Origin: Hydrolagus colliei
Taxonomy: Eukaryota
Direction of reading: 5' to 3'
Length of the DNA stretch: 64,000 bases
NCBI GenBank assembly: GCA_035084275.1
Contig: CM068756.1
Span: forward strand, 9,610,001-9,674,000
Under the pieces are notes generated by a model, which saw only the letters and a list, made by a program, of their open reading frames with translations, did not search any database and was not told the DNA's origin. This document shows positions 24,341 to 37,292 of this stretch, piece by piece. Made by a program: the position numbers and the translations under genes. Each line of letters begins with the position of its first letter. Position 1 is the stretch's first letter.

Positions 24341-25734
24341 ATCTGGGGGGGATTGTTGTTTTCTCGAATATCGCTTGGGAATAAAATGTGATTCACCATT
24401 TCTCAGAATGAAAAATGCTGTCAGGGTTCAAACAGTTAAATAAAGGAAAACATGTCGTCATTTGAATTTGCAGCAGCAACAACAGCCAAGTTCCTTTCTG
24501 ATATCATCTTTCTTGGAAAAAACATCTACTCCCAGAGAAAGCCCAATATTTTCCTTGGTTGCTCTCTTTCATTCAAGTAACAGGAGCCTTAAGGCATTGT
24601 TTTATCAAAAACAAACTCACTCCTGCAGTAGATTTGTAGACAACTAACTTTTGCAGTGAAATCTACAAGTGGAAAAGACCCACAAAATTAACATTAATTT
24701 CCATCCTGTACCAGAAGGCAGTGTTTCGGAACATAATACTGTTACTATATGATGCTTACTCCATAGTCCTGTAGTCTGCAGTCATTCTTACCCAACTCCG
24801 GCATATGCAAAACCTCCAAATCTTCCCGTTCTTGTGAACCTTTATCCATTATGATAATATTACTAGATCTTGGTGTGAACTTGGTGGGTTACCAGACCTT
24901 CTTCTGTCCAAATCTACTGTTGACTTGTTCACACATTCATGCCTGTTCTGTCAAGGTCAGTTTGCGTTTGAAAATCTTTTCGAGCTAATTAAAAAATGGG
25001 GTATATAACAAAAACGCTTCAAAAATGAGGAAAGTTTGAAATCACAAAAGCCCTCACGTGATGTGGAAGAACTGTATTTCCAGTAAACTAAGCAGCATGT
25101 GTACATATAATTTTCTAAAAGCTTTAAAATGTTGTTGTAAACCAGTTGAAAGTGGCTTCAACCACCCTCACCATATAGTGAAGTATTGATGCTTCATAGT
25201 CAGTGTACTAATGCTTCATTTACCCCAAACAGGTAAAATTGTTCTTTTTGAAAAGTGAAGGTATAAGCGTTTTTTTAAAATTTGGGTCTTAATCTATCCA
25301 AATACACTACCCAAATTATGTTGTACCCCAATCAAGATGGAATATAATAAGGGAAAGAAAAGTACATGTTGTATTTGCCATGATGGTTTTTTGAAATGCC
25401 GTGAGGTATTTTGTGAAGGCTGCAGGCCATCTAACACACGACACAAAGTTACAGCAATGTTACTGCTTGGGATCGTCAATGTTTGCCTATTTACACAATG
25501 ACCACACTTTAAAGTACATCCTGTGAAGTGTGTTGAGATATTAATGGTATAACAAGGCATTATATCAATTGTAAGCATTATTATTATTGTAGAACTTTCC
25601 TCAATCGGTATTTTAAAAATATCATGGATTGTTTTGTTTTGTAGAGTCTATAGATTAGTAAGTACTTCTATTGCAGAGTGAATGGTTTATAATTTTAAAG
25701 AACATTTTAGGAATCAGAAGGTATTATAATTACA

Positions 25735-25993
25735 GGTTAGAGCACTCGCTTTGCAAGTTTGATTCCTGGCTGGGCAAATTCTTGCGAACTGTTTCCTTAC
25801 TCAACGCGCGCCTGATAATATTCTGTCAAGAAAAAATAACAAGTACTGTATTTGGACACTCAATCCAATCGGCTGTCACAGTTTGCCCACAAATATATAA
25901 TCAGTTCACTTTACAGTACCTGTATATTCTGTGAAGTGCTTTGAGAAGTCTAGAAGACGTAAAAAGTGCTATACAAAAATGCAAGGATTATTG
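25735..25993 (+). mobile_element. Young tRNA-derived SINE, slightly 5'-truncated and internally deleted
   Basis: ggttagagcactcgc...gtttgattcctggctgggc...gtttccttactc...gtatattctgtgaagtgctttgaga...aatgcaaggattatt. Confidence 0.8.
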
Positions 25994-26959
25994 TTTACTA
26001 TTCTTTATTTACGCATCAACACCATGAACCTCAGAGGTCTGAAATGTTCCACTTTGAATGAACGCATTTCAGAGAAAATATATTGACAAACCGAAATGTG
26101 TTCCAGTGAAGATTTAGGAATTCCAAACATGCAGTAGATATAAGTATCATATTTTTACAATGAAAGCCAGTTTTATTGCTCACGAATCTCTAGCTCTGAC
26201 AGTGAATATCCTGTTAAAGGGAACATTTTGATCATGTACTTTTAATTCCCAACACTGTATATACCAACTAGAAAAAGTACTGCACGTGTGCAGGTGTTAG
26301 ATAAGGACTGTCATCAAATAACATCAAAGCTTACTTATAAATAACATCTGTTAGAGGGAATCTAACAGACAACGATGAGCAACATTGGAATAGTAGCCCA
26401 GTGGTAAAATAAATTAATTAAATGCCTTCAGCACAAGGGGAGGGGGGAGGAATTGGAGAAAAGGGCAAACAAGGGTGTGTTTTAGACTTGAAAGTCAGGT
26501 TGTTCCCTGGATCACAATTTTACATTTACAGAACAAATATTGACCACTCCCACCACAACCCCCAACCCACTGCTTCTAAACAGTGCTTAAAAATCTCAGC
26601 AACAGAATCCATGGAGCAACTAGAGTACCTGATTTTGAACGCACATGCAAGGATTGCCATGCATCCAACATACTCTCTTCCATCACCCCCCGCCCCACCA
26701 CCTCTCTCCACACCCCTCCCCCCCAGCCTCTGTCCACCACCCCAAGTTTCATTAACAGCAAAACCATGTTCCCAGGTTGCATTACCGAACACACTGAAAT
26801 TGACAAGCAGACTGATTATTCCTATATCAGTATGTCAAGTTCTCTGGATAGCTGCCCTGCATGAGGGGCGATGTATGAATGGAAAATGCGATTGTCGGCT
26901 TACAAAGCTAAACAACTCACACCACAAACAGCCATGCAGTGAATGGCTAATGTTTATCT

Positions 26960-27210
26960 AGCGGATTGTTGACCAAGAAACAAGCAAAAACTCTTGTCTC
27001 TTTTCGAACAGCACCTTTAACGTTCACCTGAATAAGCAGACAGGACTTTGGTTTATCATCTCATCCAAAGGACAGCACCTCTGACAATACAGCTCTCCCC
27101 AAGCAATTCACTGAAGTATCAGTTTAGACTGAGTTAAAAGTACACATGAGAGCTTTGAACCCGGCAATTTATGACACAGAGCCAAAAGTGCTACTGACTG
27201 ACCCTGACTG
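26960..27210 (-). mobile_element. Old DeuSINE (SacSINE1-like) 5' two-thirds
   Basis: ctttaacgttcacctgaa...tcatctcatccaaaggacagcacctctgacaat...aaagtgctactgactga. Confidence 0.7.
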
Positions 27211-28449
27211 ACTCCTGTATATCTAAGTAGAAACTTTGATTAACTGATTGATCTGTGAAACTTGAAATAAAAGTTTCCAAAGTGCAACACATTCAATGTC
27301 CCCCTTCCCGATGCCATGACAAAAACAACGTTTAAATTTTGAAATAATCCTGCACAAGCCATGCATCAATATTAACAGCAAACTTTTATTGTCAATTGAA
27401 AATAATGTGGACGTGGCTCCAGTTCTCAATGGTTAAGGCATCTATCTGCTCCAGTAAGAGCCACAGGTTGTTAAGTGATTATAAACTGTAAAAATAAATC
27501 AGCTTGATATAATTGCTCAAAAGCAAAATTACCAACATATTTAAAATTTCAATAGTGTTCCCTTCCAATTGCCACTTTGCATTATCTAATTACCTTCACA
27601 TTTCATTTCCATCAATAATATGACCTGAATTTTCCTTTTATAACTGTCTGGGAGGGGGTTGGATTGGGGACCACAGTGATAAATCAGGCTTCCCATTAGG
27701 ACTGAAATGGCTCATCGCTGCAGCTCTAAATCCAGGATTTATAAAGATGTCTAGGCCATATAGCACACTGGTGGACACCATAATAAATTCATGAGCACAT
27801 TGCCAAGGCAAACTACTTCATTATGTGGAAGGCTGCTGGCCATTAATCTCACTGAGAGATTCCTGGGATACTAAGACTGCTGGAAAATTTATGCAGGCCT
27901 AAAGTTACCCATTTCATTATGGATTAATCTGCCCATTCTGCTTCAGTGCATGAAAGGCGTATACTATGTTCCAGCGCACTCCACAGCCCAGGACTCCCAG
28001 TGCAGCCTGAACCTTGAGCTGAATAATTTGCCTCATCTTGTGCATCACAAAAGCCATTCAGTGAAAGATTATGGCCCTTTTAGTGCCATCCAGCCCTGAA
28101 ATATGACTCTGGTGAATAGAACGTCAGAATTTGAATTGCTTAAGCAATGCTGAATTCAAGGATCTGTGAAACTGTTATGACAGCAAACCCATACAAGTCT
28201 GAGAGAGACGTAAATGATAATCCCGTTTTAAAAAATATGAGTGCAGTCGTAAAAATGAAATATTAAAATAATTCTACTGGCTTCCTTTTAGAATTTTAGT
28301 TTTCTGGGTCTTGAAAGTTTAGTCATTCTTCCAGTTTGCAAATAAACATTGATACAATTGGTAATTCAATTTAGAACTATATGCAGCACCTGTATAGTCT
28401 AATCATTTCCATGGAGTACTAAAGAACTAGACTGATTTCTTGTGAAAAC

Positions 28450-28560
28450 CACACCGTCACTGTACTTTACAGTAAAATCCTGTGAGGCACTATATATGAC
28501 GTCCTCCAGACATGAAAATCACTAAGTATCAAATGCAAGGATTATTAGTATTATAATATT
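28450..28560 (+). mobile_element. SINE tail fragment
   Basis: actttacagtaaaatcctgtgaggcac...tatcaaatgcaaggattatt. Confidence 0.65.
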
Positions 28561-29879
28561 ATGAACTTTGTTAAAGTTTTTAAATAATTTCTAGAATACT
28601 AATATGTACATGGTAAGATTTTTGACTAAAGAATGCAGTTTATTTTTTAAAAAGACATTTACAGCCAATTTGCCCAATGCTCGCAGTTTGCAAAAAAAAA
28701 CACAGAACAGCGCAAATGCTTCCCACCATTATTATCCCAGATGAACGAGGAGGTCAGTCTTACTGGATGGTTCCCCTTTTGTTGTTTGTTCTGGGATACT
28801 AACTACAGCCTGGCAGACGACTTTGATGCCTTGCAAAAAGCGTTTGCTTCAAGTTTCTGGATCATAACTGGCGTGGAGCCCATATACAAAGCACCAAAAT
28901 CCTATCAGCAAAGAAGGATCCTTTTGAGGTGAAAATATTGACGCCGCTAAAATGCCAGTCATGAAAGTGAGGAATATTCCCTTTGCCTGGGATACTTCTC
29001 ACTGCCATTACCGATTGATTCTTCACAGGTTCAACTGAAGGTCATCTGTGCAATGAAGCTTTAAATTGATAGCTCTATTGGCCGATGCTGAAAGAGAAGT
29101 ACCATTATGATTGGGTAGTGGGAACAGTCTAGGCTTTGAATTTTGCAAGTCTAGCACAACAATTGTACCATTTCCAAACTAGTTTTTTTTAAAAAAAACA
29201 CCAGTTATTCCTGCTAACCAAGCATAACACTATACATTACCAAAGTAATGCTGTACATGTATCAAAGAGAAGCCCAAATCTACACAAACATGATGGTTTT
29301 AATACTTGTAAGCTTAATCAATCTCTGGTAAAGGTAAAGTACTAGCATTTTCTTCACAGTACATCAAGATGATGTGGCAAACACACAAGGCATTGAACAG
29401 CTCTGTAAAACATCCTGAAAGCTAGTCTGCTCCCCCAACCATGGGACGGTGCCCACTCCAAAGCTTGTATCACATTAGCAGCTGCAGAAGATCCAAACCC
29501 AAGTGGTAAAACATAGTGGCGGCAGAAGAAATTAACTCAAACAGCAAAGCGGAAGCTTGCATATAATCGCTGGCTTGGTACAGATTACAGGCCTGTAACT
29601 CAATCTTGGAGTTTCTATGACTTTATAAACCACTCAGGCTTCACTCTTGTGGTATATGACATCATGGGAACCCCTTTATTATGTTACAAGCTAATGATAC
29701 TGTCCAAGTCAGCTACTGTTCCATGTTTCATGTTCGGACTTGGTGAATTTTCATTTGAAGGATTACAAATGTATTGGCCTGAAAAATGATGGATGTTTTC
29801 TGCAAGCAAAATGTTTTTCTATCGTTGCTATCCATTGCAATACTTCTCCATAAATGAACTTTAAAATCTCTACCTATGA

Positions 29880-29966
29880 AATAGTCACTTTACAGTAAGT
29901 CCTGCAGAGTGCTCTGAGATGTCTTCCCGAAATGAAAGGGGCTTTGGATCAAATGCAAAGATTATT
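29880..29966 (+). mobile_element. SINE tail fragment directly abutting the next SINE
   Basis: gtcactttacagtaagtcctgcagagtgctctgagatgtc...atcaaatgcaaagattatt. Confidence 0.65.
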
Positions 29967-30306
29967 AGTGGTTAGAGCATTTGCAAGCAAAAGGACCTGG
30001 GTTTGATTCCTAGGCAGGGCGAAACATAACGCAAGTTTCCTTACTCCTGTTTACCTAGCAGTAAGTAGGAACCCGGGAGTTAGAGGATTGGCAGATTGCT
30101 TTTCTGGGATAATAATTCCTTCAAAAAAAAATTGTAATTTGGTCACTCAATCCGTGACAGTTTATGGGACACTGCTGTGCGCAATTGGCTGCCACGTTTG
30201 GCTACAAAATCTACAATCAATTCACTTTAGAGTATATTCTGTGAGACCTCTTGCTTTGAGACCTCTGGAAGATGTGATAAGATGCTGCATCAAATGCAAG
30301 GATTTT
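29967..30306 (+). mobile_element. tRNA-derived SINE, long variant with extra ~60-bp central segment
   Basis: agtggttagagcatttgc...gggtttgattcc...gcaagtttccttactcc[tgtttacctagcagtaagtaggaacccgggagttag...]...ctgtgcgcaattggctgcc...caaatgcaaggatt. Confidence 0.85.
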
Positions 30307-31114
30307 TAAAAATGTTTGTACCAAACTTCTGGGATTTCAGCATTAGTCCATTCTTTGGCCAAGTGGTTTTCAGTGTCTATTGACTATATATTTTGGTCTA
30401 GCCATATAAGTTATATGATGCTACACAGTCTGCATGTACAGCACCTAGGAACGTTCTTGCACACATTCATTCATATTGTAATCCTAAACATGAATTATTT
30501 GGAAATGCTGTTATTCTCTCAAGATGAATCTTCAGTTAAATGAACAAAAAAAAACAAAAAAATCTTTAGCCAAACTCACATAATAATATTGTGCATCATT
30601 TGTAGTGCAGAAAATCTCATACAGCAACTTTAATGTCATGTGATACTAAATTATACTAAAAATCTCTTAAATTTAACTACATGGTAAATGGAGACGTATA
30701 GATTATATGCCCACTGGGCACATAAGTAAAGGAGTAATGAGAGGTTCCAGTAATATGGATTCAATTAAGCTCTGATCAGAATCAATGGTTATAATTATTT
30801 GTGATATAGAATAGCAAATCATGTTAAAAGTTTTGAGTAATCCATTACATGTAATGGCATGTCTGAACTCTACCAAAAAATACAGGATTTATAGGATGCC
30901 ATTGGGAAATACTTACTTAAATAAATGCTTAGAGTTCTGAATATTAAATATCACCTTCTACTATGAAACCCAATTGTCCCCTTTCCTTGCAAACAGTTCG
31001 AAATGAACTAAACTATACTGTGCTGAATGGCCAGAACATCAGTAGCCTTGATTGTTTGACATTGTAAAGCAAAGGAATACTGCACACAAAACAAGCATCA
31101 CATAAATTAATGGA

Positions 31115-31185
31115 TTAGTCTTTGAAAGAGCCAGCAAAACCACACGAGGCAGAATAGCCTTCTTCTGTGCTGTATGGTTCTGCAA
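31115..31185 (+). mobile_element. CR1 3' UTR remnant
   Basis: tctttgaaagagccagca...gaatagccttcttctgtgctgtatggttct matches 48940-49005. Confidence 0.6.
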
Positions 31186-31339
31186 GGTAGCTGAACTATT
31201 ACAAAACTAGTACCTTCAAATTTACATGTATCATAAAAGTAAAATATTCAAAGCAATTTTTTTGGCCTCTACTCAAGGCGATGAATGCAAAATATATATC
31301 GGACTTCCCATTCCAAATTGCTGTAGTGGGTTATTGCTC

Positions 31340-31500
31340 AGTGGGTTTCCCTGAGCAATAAACACTGCATAAAAGACTCTCATTGGGAATTTTATCAAAT
31401 ACCTTCTGGAAATCCTAATAGGTTATGTTCACAAGAGAGGCTTTATATACAAATTCATTTACAGCAAAGAATTGCAATAGCTTTATGAGTAAGGACCTAT
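31340..31500 (-). mobile_element. Ancient CR1 reverse-transcriptase remnant
   Basis: The minus strand of 31388-31420 encodes DFQKVFDKI, resembling the CR1 RT motif YLDFQKAFDKV. Flanks are decayed. Confidence 0.45.
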
Positions 31501-34006
31501 TGCTTTTGCATACTTCTGATAGCTGTTCATGTAAACAATGAAAGCACCATGATAGTATGTTTTTCAGGCTGGTTTATAATCTTCATGTTTCTGCTCCTAA
31601 AGCCAGGGAGAATTGAAGTATCACCTCAGAAAGATATTAGTGAGCAGGGGATTGAGAAAAGGAACATGTAGTAGGTTTCATTTTAGATTCCCTCGGCCAA
31701 TGGTTAAACCTTTTTAACGGGACTACCAGGAAAATGCGGGGGTGAGGTGGGGGGTTTGAATTAAGTATAAGGGCAAAAGATTCATAATCCATCCCTAACT
31801 AGAGATGATCTGTCAGAGTGAAAATACAATTGTGTCATAGTATTAGCTTGACAGGTAATAGTAGTAATATAGTGTATGGTGTGAGTAATGAGAACAACGA
31901 CTTGCATTTATATAGCCCGACAAACAGGACAGCATCTCGGAGTGCAGCTTGTGACATTCCAGAGGCACAGAATGGAAATAATGGAACAGGAATAATTCCT
32001 TGATAGTCTCTCTCTATCCCATCTTTAAGGGTTGTCCTACTTTGTGAGTTATGCTCTTTGAGTTACAAGTTGTTAAAACTACTCTATACTGGTTGGGTTT
32101 ATGTGGCTCTAATGCCGATAGGTATCTTCTACACATGGGAAATTTCATCTCTCAAGCTCCGTAATGTACTCATTTATGATTATGACTGGAGATAAAATTT
32201 CCCAGTGGCAAGATCAATATTGTCACTTGCAATATTATTTGTAACACAGAATATCCTCATTTTAAATGTTGCCATAAAGGTGGTATTTAGCTCTTATCAA
32301 ATAAAGCCTTGGTCAGTCAACCAAATTATAAATATTTTCATTGCGACAAAAAATGGCATTATGGCAAATATAAACTCTTATAACTGATCTTTCAAGATTA
32401 AACACATCTGTTTTTAATTTTCTTATTTAAGTTGCACTGTGAGCCCTTATAAATATGAATTTTTAAAAGCATTACAAGAAAAACAATAAATCACTTGCAG
32501 GCATTATGATGCTTCCCTACTCTATTTAAGGAAGAGAAATACTATAACATTTAGAGCAAAAGCCAAATTTGAACAATAATGTGATGCTTACCATTATTTA
32601 TACCAAAATGGCTATTGTATTACCATTGAACTACAACACATACATAACGTCTTCCAAAATTAGATAATACAAGAAAGGATTTATTTTAATACAACATTAG
32701 TGCACTATATTTTTCCAGAATTAATAACCTAATACCCCGACTTTACAGCTTTTTCACAAGCTGTTTTCCTTACACTATAAACGTCACCTCTTGCAGCTGT
32801 AAATATAGATACAAGATCAATGAAAGGCAATACTACTATGAGCTAATGATTTATTATGATATATGACTTTATAAAATGGTACAGATTTGCAAGAAGAGAG
32901 CATATGGATGTCTTATTTGTAAAGCAATTATTGAAAATTTATACATAGCTTCATCTTTAAGCAAATGCATCTATTGATCAGCTTTAATGAAATCTATTGA
33001 TCAACATAAACAAGTTATGAAAATGATTTATTTGAAACGTGACACTGAGAGAGGTCTTTGTTTTAATAATATGAAGTCATCTTATTTCTTGAAAACCAAT
33101 CCAAAGGTATGTATTAATATTGAATCTCTAAAATACCTTCATAATGATCAATATAGTTAGACACAGGATTTGATGACATGATAAAGAAAATAATATACTG
33201 TACAATCTGAGCACTTCCTGATAGAAATTGCACAGAATTAGTTTAGCCTTTTAGAATGACAGCCTTATTATTATTGACAATGTTATGCAAGTTTGTGATC
33301 TTTTCCTCTCTCCTTGCCTGCCCCCCACCCCCCCTCCCCCCCAACCTTCATTGTTTCCGGAACATAATATATACAAGTAGAAACTTCGAGAATGTTTTGC
33401 TAAATTAAAAGGAAAGAATACAAGTGCATCAATGCTTTCATGCTTGGCTCATGAGGCAGTTATTTTATGAATGGAACATTGCTCTTTGGAGTTCTAGTAT
33501 TGTGGCGGAGGAACAAGAATGGGTTTGTTTTCAGCAAGTGTGATTGAGCAAGTGGTTGAGGTTAGAACAAGCGTTTGCTGGGTATTAGTTAATTGAGCAT
33601 TCAACCACAAGAAATGAAAACAAACCAATTCTTCTTGTGACATAATGTTCCCTCTGTCACGTCAATTCTATACTCTCAATAAGTCGCATTGGGATTTGTT
33701 TCGGGATGCAGAAAGGACATGGGCTTAAAACGAAGGCAATACATTTTCATACTAAATGTGACCCCCAAATGTACCTTATTGCATTAATAATAATAAACCA
33801 AATAAATTTAGTAGTGTTTCAGCAAGGCTAGCGTTTAAGTTAAAAGTAACCACAGGGTAGTAGTGGCCAATATGTGCCCATTTCACATTTGGACAAAATG
33901 GACAGTGATGAGCTAGTTTGAATGATCTTTTTGATCAATCCTGCCACATAAACAGTTTAGCGAATTATCAATGATATTTGAAAATGCATTACATATTTCT
34001 GACTCA

Positions 34007-34148
34007 ATAAATAACAATGCTTGCATTTGATATAGAGCCTTATCACATCTTCGAGATGTCTCAGAATACAGTATACAGTGCTTCACAGAATACAGTATAC
34101 TGTAAAGTGAGCTGACTGTACATTTTGTGGGCAAAATGCAGAAGCCAT
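34007..34148 (-). mobile_element. Young SINE 3' tail fragment
   Basis: cttgcatttgatatagagccttatcacatcttcgagatgtctcag...gactgtacattttgtgggcaaa. Confidence 0.8.
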
Positions 34149-35977
34149 GAATTAAGAATATTCCAAAAAGAAAGTGTTGGTTTAGCCTGATCAATTTTGG
34201 TTAGGTTGGATCAGTGTCTCCTCTGATCTTGTTCCTTTAAAGGAAATTGTATATATCACATGCCTAGTTACCTAGAAAACTACCTTCATAACCTTCACAA
34301 ATGCTGGACTGCAGCCAGGCAGTGGACAGGCTTTAAGTATGATCAGAGAAACAACATCTATTGATTTTACATTCTTCTTTCCACTGACATAGTATCTTTG
34401 CTCCACTTGATGTCTCATCTGAATACCCGAACGAGACCAGCAGCTCAACATTTCGGGGAAGGTGGCCTGTAAATCTTAGTTTGAGCTGGGTGTGCAGACA
34501 AGGTTTCTCGATGCTCGACTGTGTACTAACATGTTTCCTAATTGCACCATAGGGTTGTCCTTGGTCATCCTTTGTTAATTATGATTTTAAATGAGGATAT
34601 AGAGCCTTTAGAGTTACATGACTAAAAATGTAGTGTGAATGAATGGACGATTAGTTCAAAGGACACAATATTCAACTGCAGAGAATCACTGCTAAAACCA
34701 ACAGGACTGGTATTTCACTTCTGTGCAATTAAATAACAAAAACGTTAAGCCAGTGATGCTAAACAGATTATGATCTTGAAATGCCTCTATGTTTTTTTTC
34801 AATCTAATGTAGATTTTAGGCCACATATTGTTTATAAAACTGGACATAAGCAATCACTATGTTTAATCTGAATTTGTAAAACCTGTGTTTTTAAAATATT
34901 GTATCCAGTAAATGTTATTCTGGTATGAATCATACTTTTTATTTCCCACTGGGAAATAAAACTTCTGATAGTTTCAGGTCAACTGGTTACAAACATGATT
35001 TCTTTCTGCCTGTCAATCATCTATTACCTTTGACACATCTAAATGTCTTCCTTTAATCATATATATGTAGGGCCTTTTAATATTGGATGCATTATAAATA
35101 AATTGTGCCAGAGTAATTTTCAAAGCAGTAACACATTGTGGGGGTCAGATAATCTCCATAAATTATTTGACCTCTGCTCTCATGGCTCATGGTGTCAACT
35201 GAACCCCTCAAAGGGTTACCAGTTTGGAACTCATTTCCAGACATCTATTATTAAGAATTAACCAAACTCTTGACAAGCTCCTAATGCAAACGTTTCGAAC
35301 AATTCACTATCATTTTGACTTGGTGAGTACAGTGGTACTGTTGCATTTATACAAAATCACGGGTGTATGGAAGAGGAAGGATAAGTCTCCTAACTCTACA
35401 ATTTGTACATTAATACAATTCTGCTATGGTTTGGAAAATTATTGACAAGTACAACTTTTAATTCACAGACTTTGGCATGATGGTTGAATATTTTCTTTGT
35501 TTTATTAACCGTATCAACACTAATGTTGCACTTACATTAATCCTTTGCTGACATTGAAGACCTTTAAATTCTGTTCAATTCCGTACAAATTATGTCTCAT
35601 CTCTCTTGAGTTCTCAACTAAAGTGACATCTACATACATGTAAACCAGATACAAGCATGTTTCTGATAAAGCAAGTCCTGCCGATGTAAATCCCAATTTA
35701 AGTATAAGACAGTTGTACACTTGCTTGAATAGAAACAACATGTTTGTTTGTCATTTCCTATTAAATGGAACGGCCCTTTATTTTATAGTTGTTTCTGTGC
35801 AGGTGTTTGTTTTTGAAATAAAATCGGGGACAGAGCTGGAAAATAGGTGAGTTATAATTTTTCAAATTTATTATTGCACAGAAAGGTATTTGTGTAATCA
35901 TAATCGTTGCATTTGATTCATCCAGTCACCCAACAAACTGTAAAGATTATAACCTGAGAATCACAGTTGGTTTGTTC

Positions 35978-36062
35978 TACAGTCAATTCACTTAACAATA
36001 TATTCTGTGAAACGCTTTGAGATGTCTCGACAATGTAATCAAATGCAAGGATCATTATTATT
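35978..36062 (+). mobile_element. SINE tail fragment
   Basis: acagtcaattcacttaacaatatattctgtgaaacgctttgagatgtc...atcaaatgcaaggatcattatta. Confidence 0.75.
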
Positions 36063-36909
36063 GCTGTCCAGAAGCATTAGGGAAACAGTCATTGCCCATC
36101 TGCAAAGTTACTGCAACTTTTCGAGCAGAGTGAAAACCATTCCTTAGTGTCATATATGGCTACGTATATTTTACAAAGTGGGATTTGCAATCTTCTGCTC
36201 TGTAAAATGAGAGGCAATCTGAGAACTCTGTCCGCACAGATACAGCAAACAATTAAATCACTTTAAACTGATTGTTAATAATTCAAAGTGTTTTTAGTTA
36301 TATCTGCTGGGACTAATTTAAGAGATCTTAGTTGATTTCAATTGGCAGTAAGCCTTTAAACAGATGTCCTGACTATTTGTCTACATAAGAAATATTGCAT
36401 GGCCACATACTGAAAATCACCAATAGTCATGAAACTAATTTGGAAATCGTCCTCTGGGACTCGCTCAATGTGTCGATCCAATGGGGATTGGTTTCTTCCA
36501 AAGACAAAACCTCTACCTATGCAAGGTCCCCCCCAAAAAGCATCTTGTCCTGCATACTTTGACAGATGACACTATACTACTTCATGTATACCTTTGTGAT
36601 GTAAGACCTGTCCTGCTGCTAAAGTAATTATGTGTCTCAACAAGTCAAAAATTGTTTGTTATGAATGAATCTTCCCTGGGGTAGTGATACAAGCTCCATA
36701 TCTGAGTGGTGCAAGGAGGAAAGTGAACACTACATTGGCTGTGAGTGATGAACCAGTGCCTGTAGACTGACTCCTGTGGATGAAGTGCTAGGTGTGCTGG
36801 CGGGATATCCGAGTGGCAGGAAACCCGTCTGGTAATTCCTCAAGTGCCTCTGTTTTGAAAAGTGGAATAATACCCTCCTACACTGCTTTATGTGTCAATT
36901 GTGTCAAGT

Positions 36910-37292
36910 GTCAGCCTAGCTCAGTTGGTAGCACTCTCGCTTTTAAATCAGAAGATTGTGTGTTCAAGCCCCCGTTGGGGCATTGAGCTAATATAATCTA
37001 GAGTTCTAGACTAACACTTCAGTGTAGCTTGGGGCTGATTTGATGGAGGTGATGGCCTTCAGATGGTAAGTTTACCAACTAGCTTCAGTTCAGGTGGATG
37101 TTGAAAAGTTGACTGTACTTTTCTGAAAGAGAACGGTGTTTCTCCTGGTGTCTTGACCAACAAGACAGATAAACTTGGCCATTCACTTCATGGACATGAT
37201 GTGCACAAATTGGCTGCCAGGTTTCCGTAAACAAAATATTACATTCAGAAAATCTTTTGAAATGGCTTGCCGATGCGATAAGGCACTATAAG
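36910..37292 (+). mobile_element. Near full-length old DeuSINE (SacSINE1-like)
   Basis: gtcagccTAGCTCAGTTGGtagcactctc...GTTCAAGCCC head, caggtggatg...ctcctggtgtcttgaccaa body, gtgcacaaattggctgcc Deu segment, gataaggcactata tail. Confidence 0.8.

Noticed and set aside
26422-26961. 179-aa proline-rich ORF and overlapping ORFs
   Set aside because: The open frame follows from a C-rich low-complexity tract and ends in an L2-tail remnant; no recognisable domain.
28741-28932. ORF preceded by an acceptor-like ...tcccag
   Set aside because: No recognisable homology and no convincing partner exons.
33320-33345. C-rich tract with G-quadruplex potential on the minus strand
   Set aside because: Short low-complexity run that is common in vertebrate DNA, with no supporting context.
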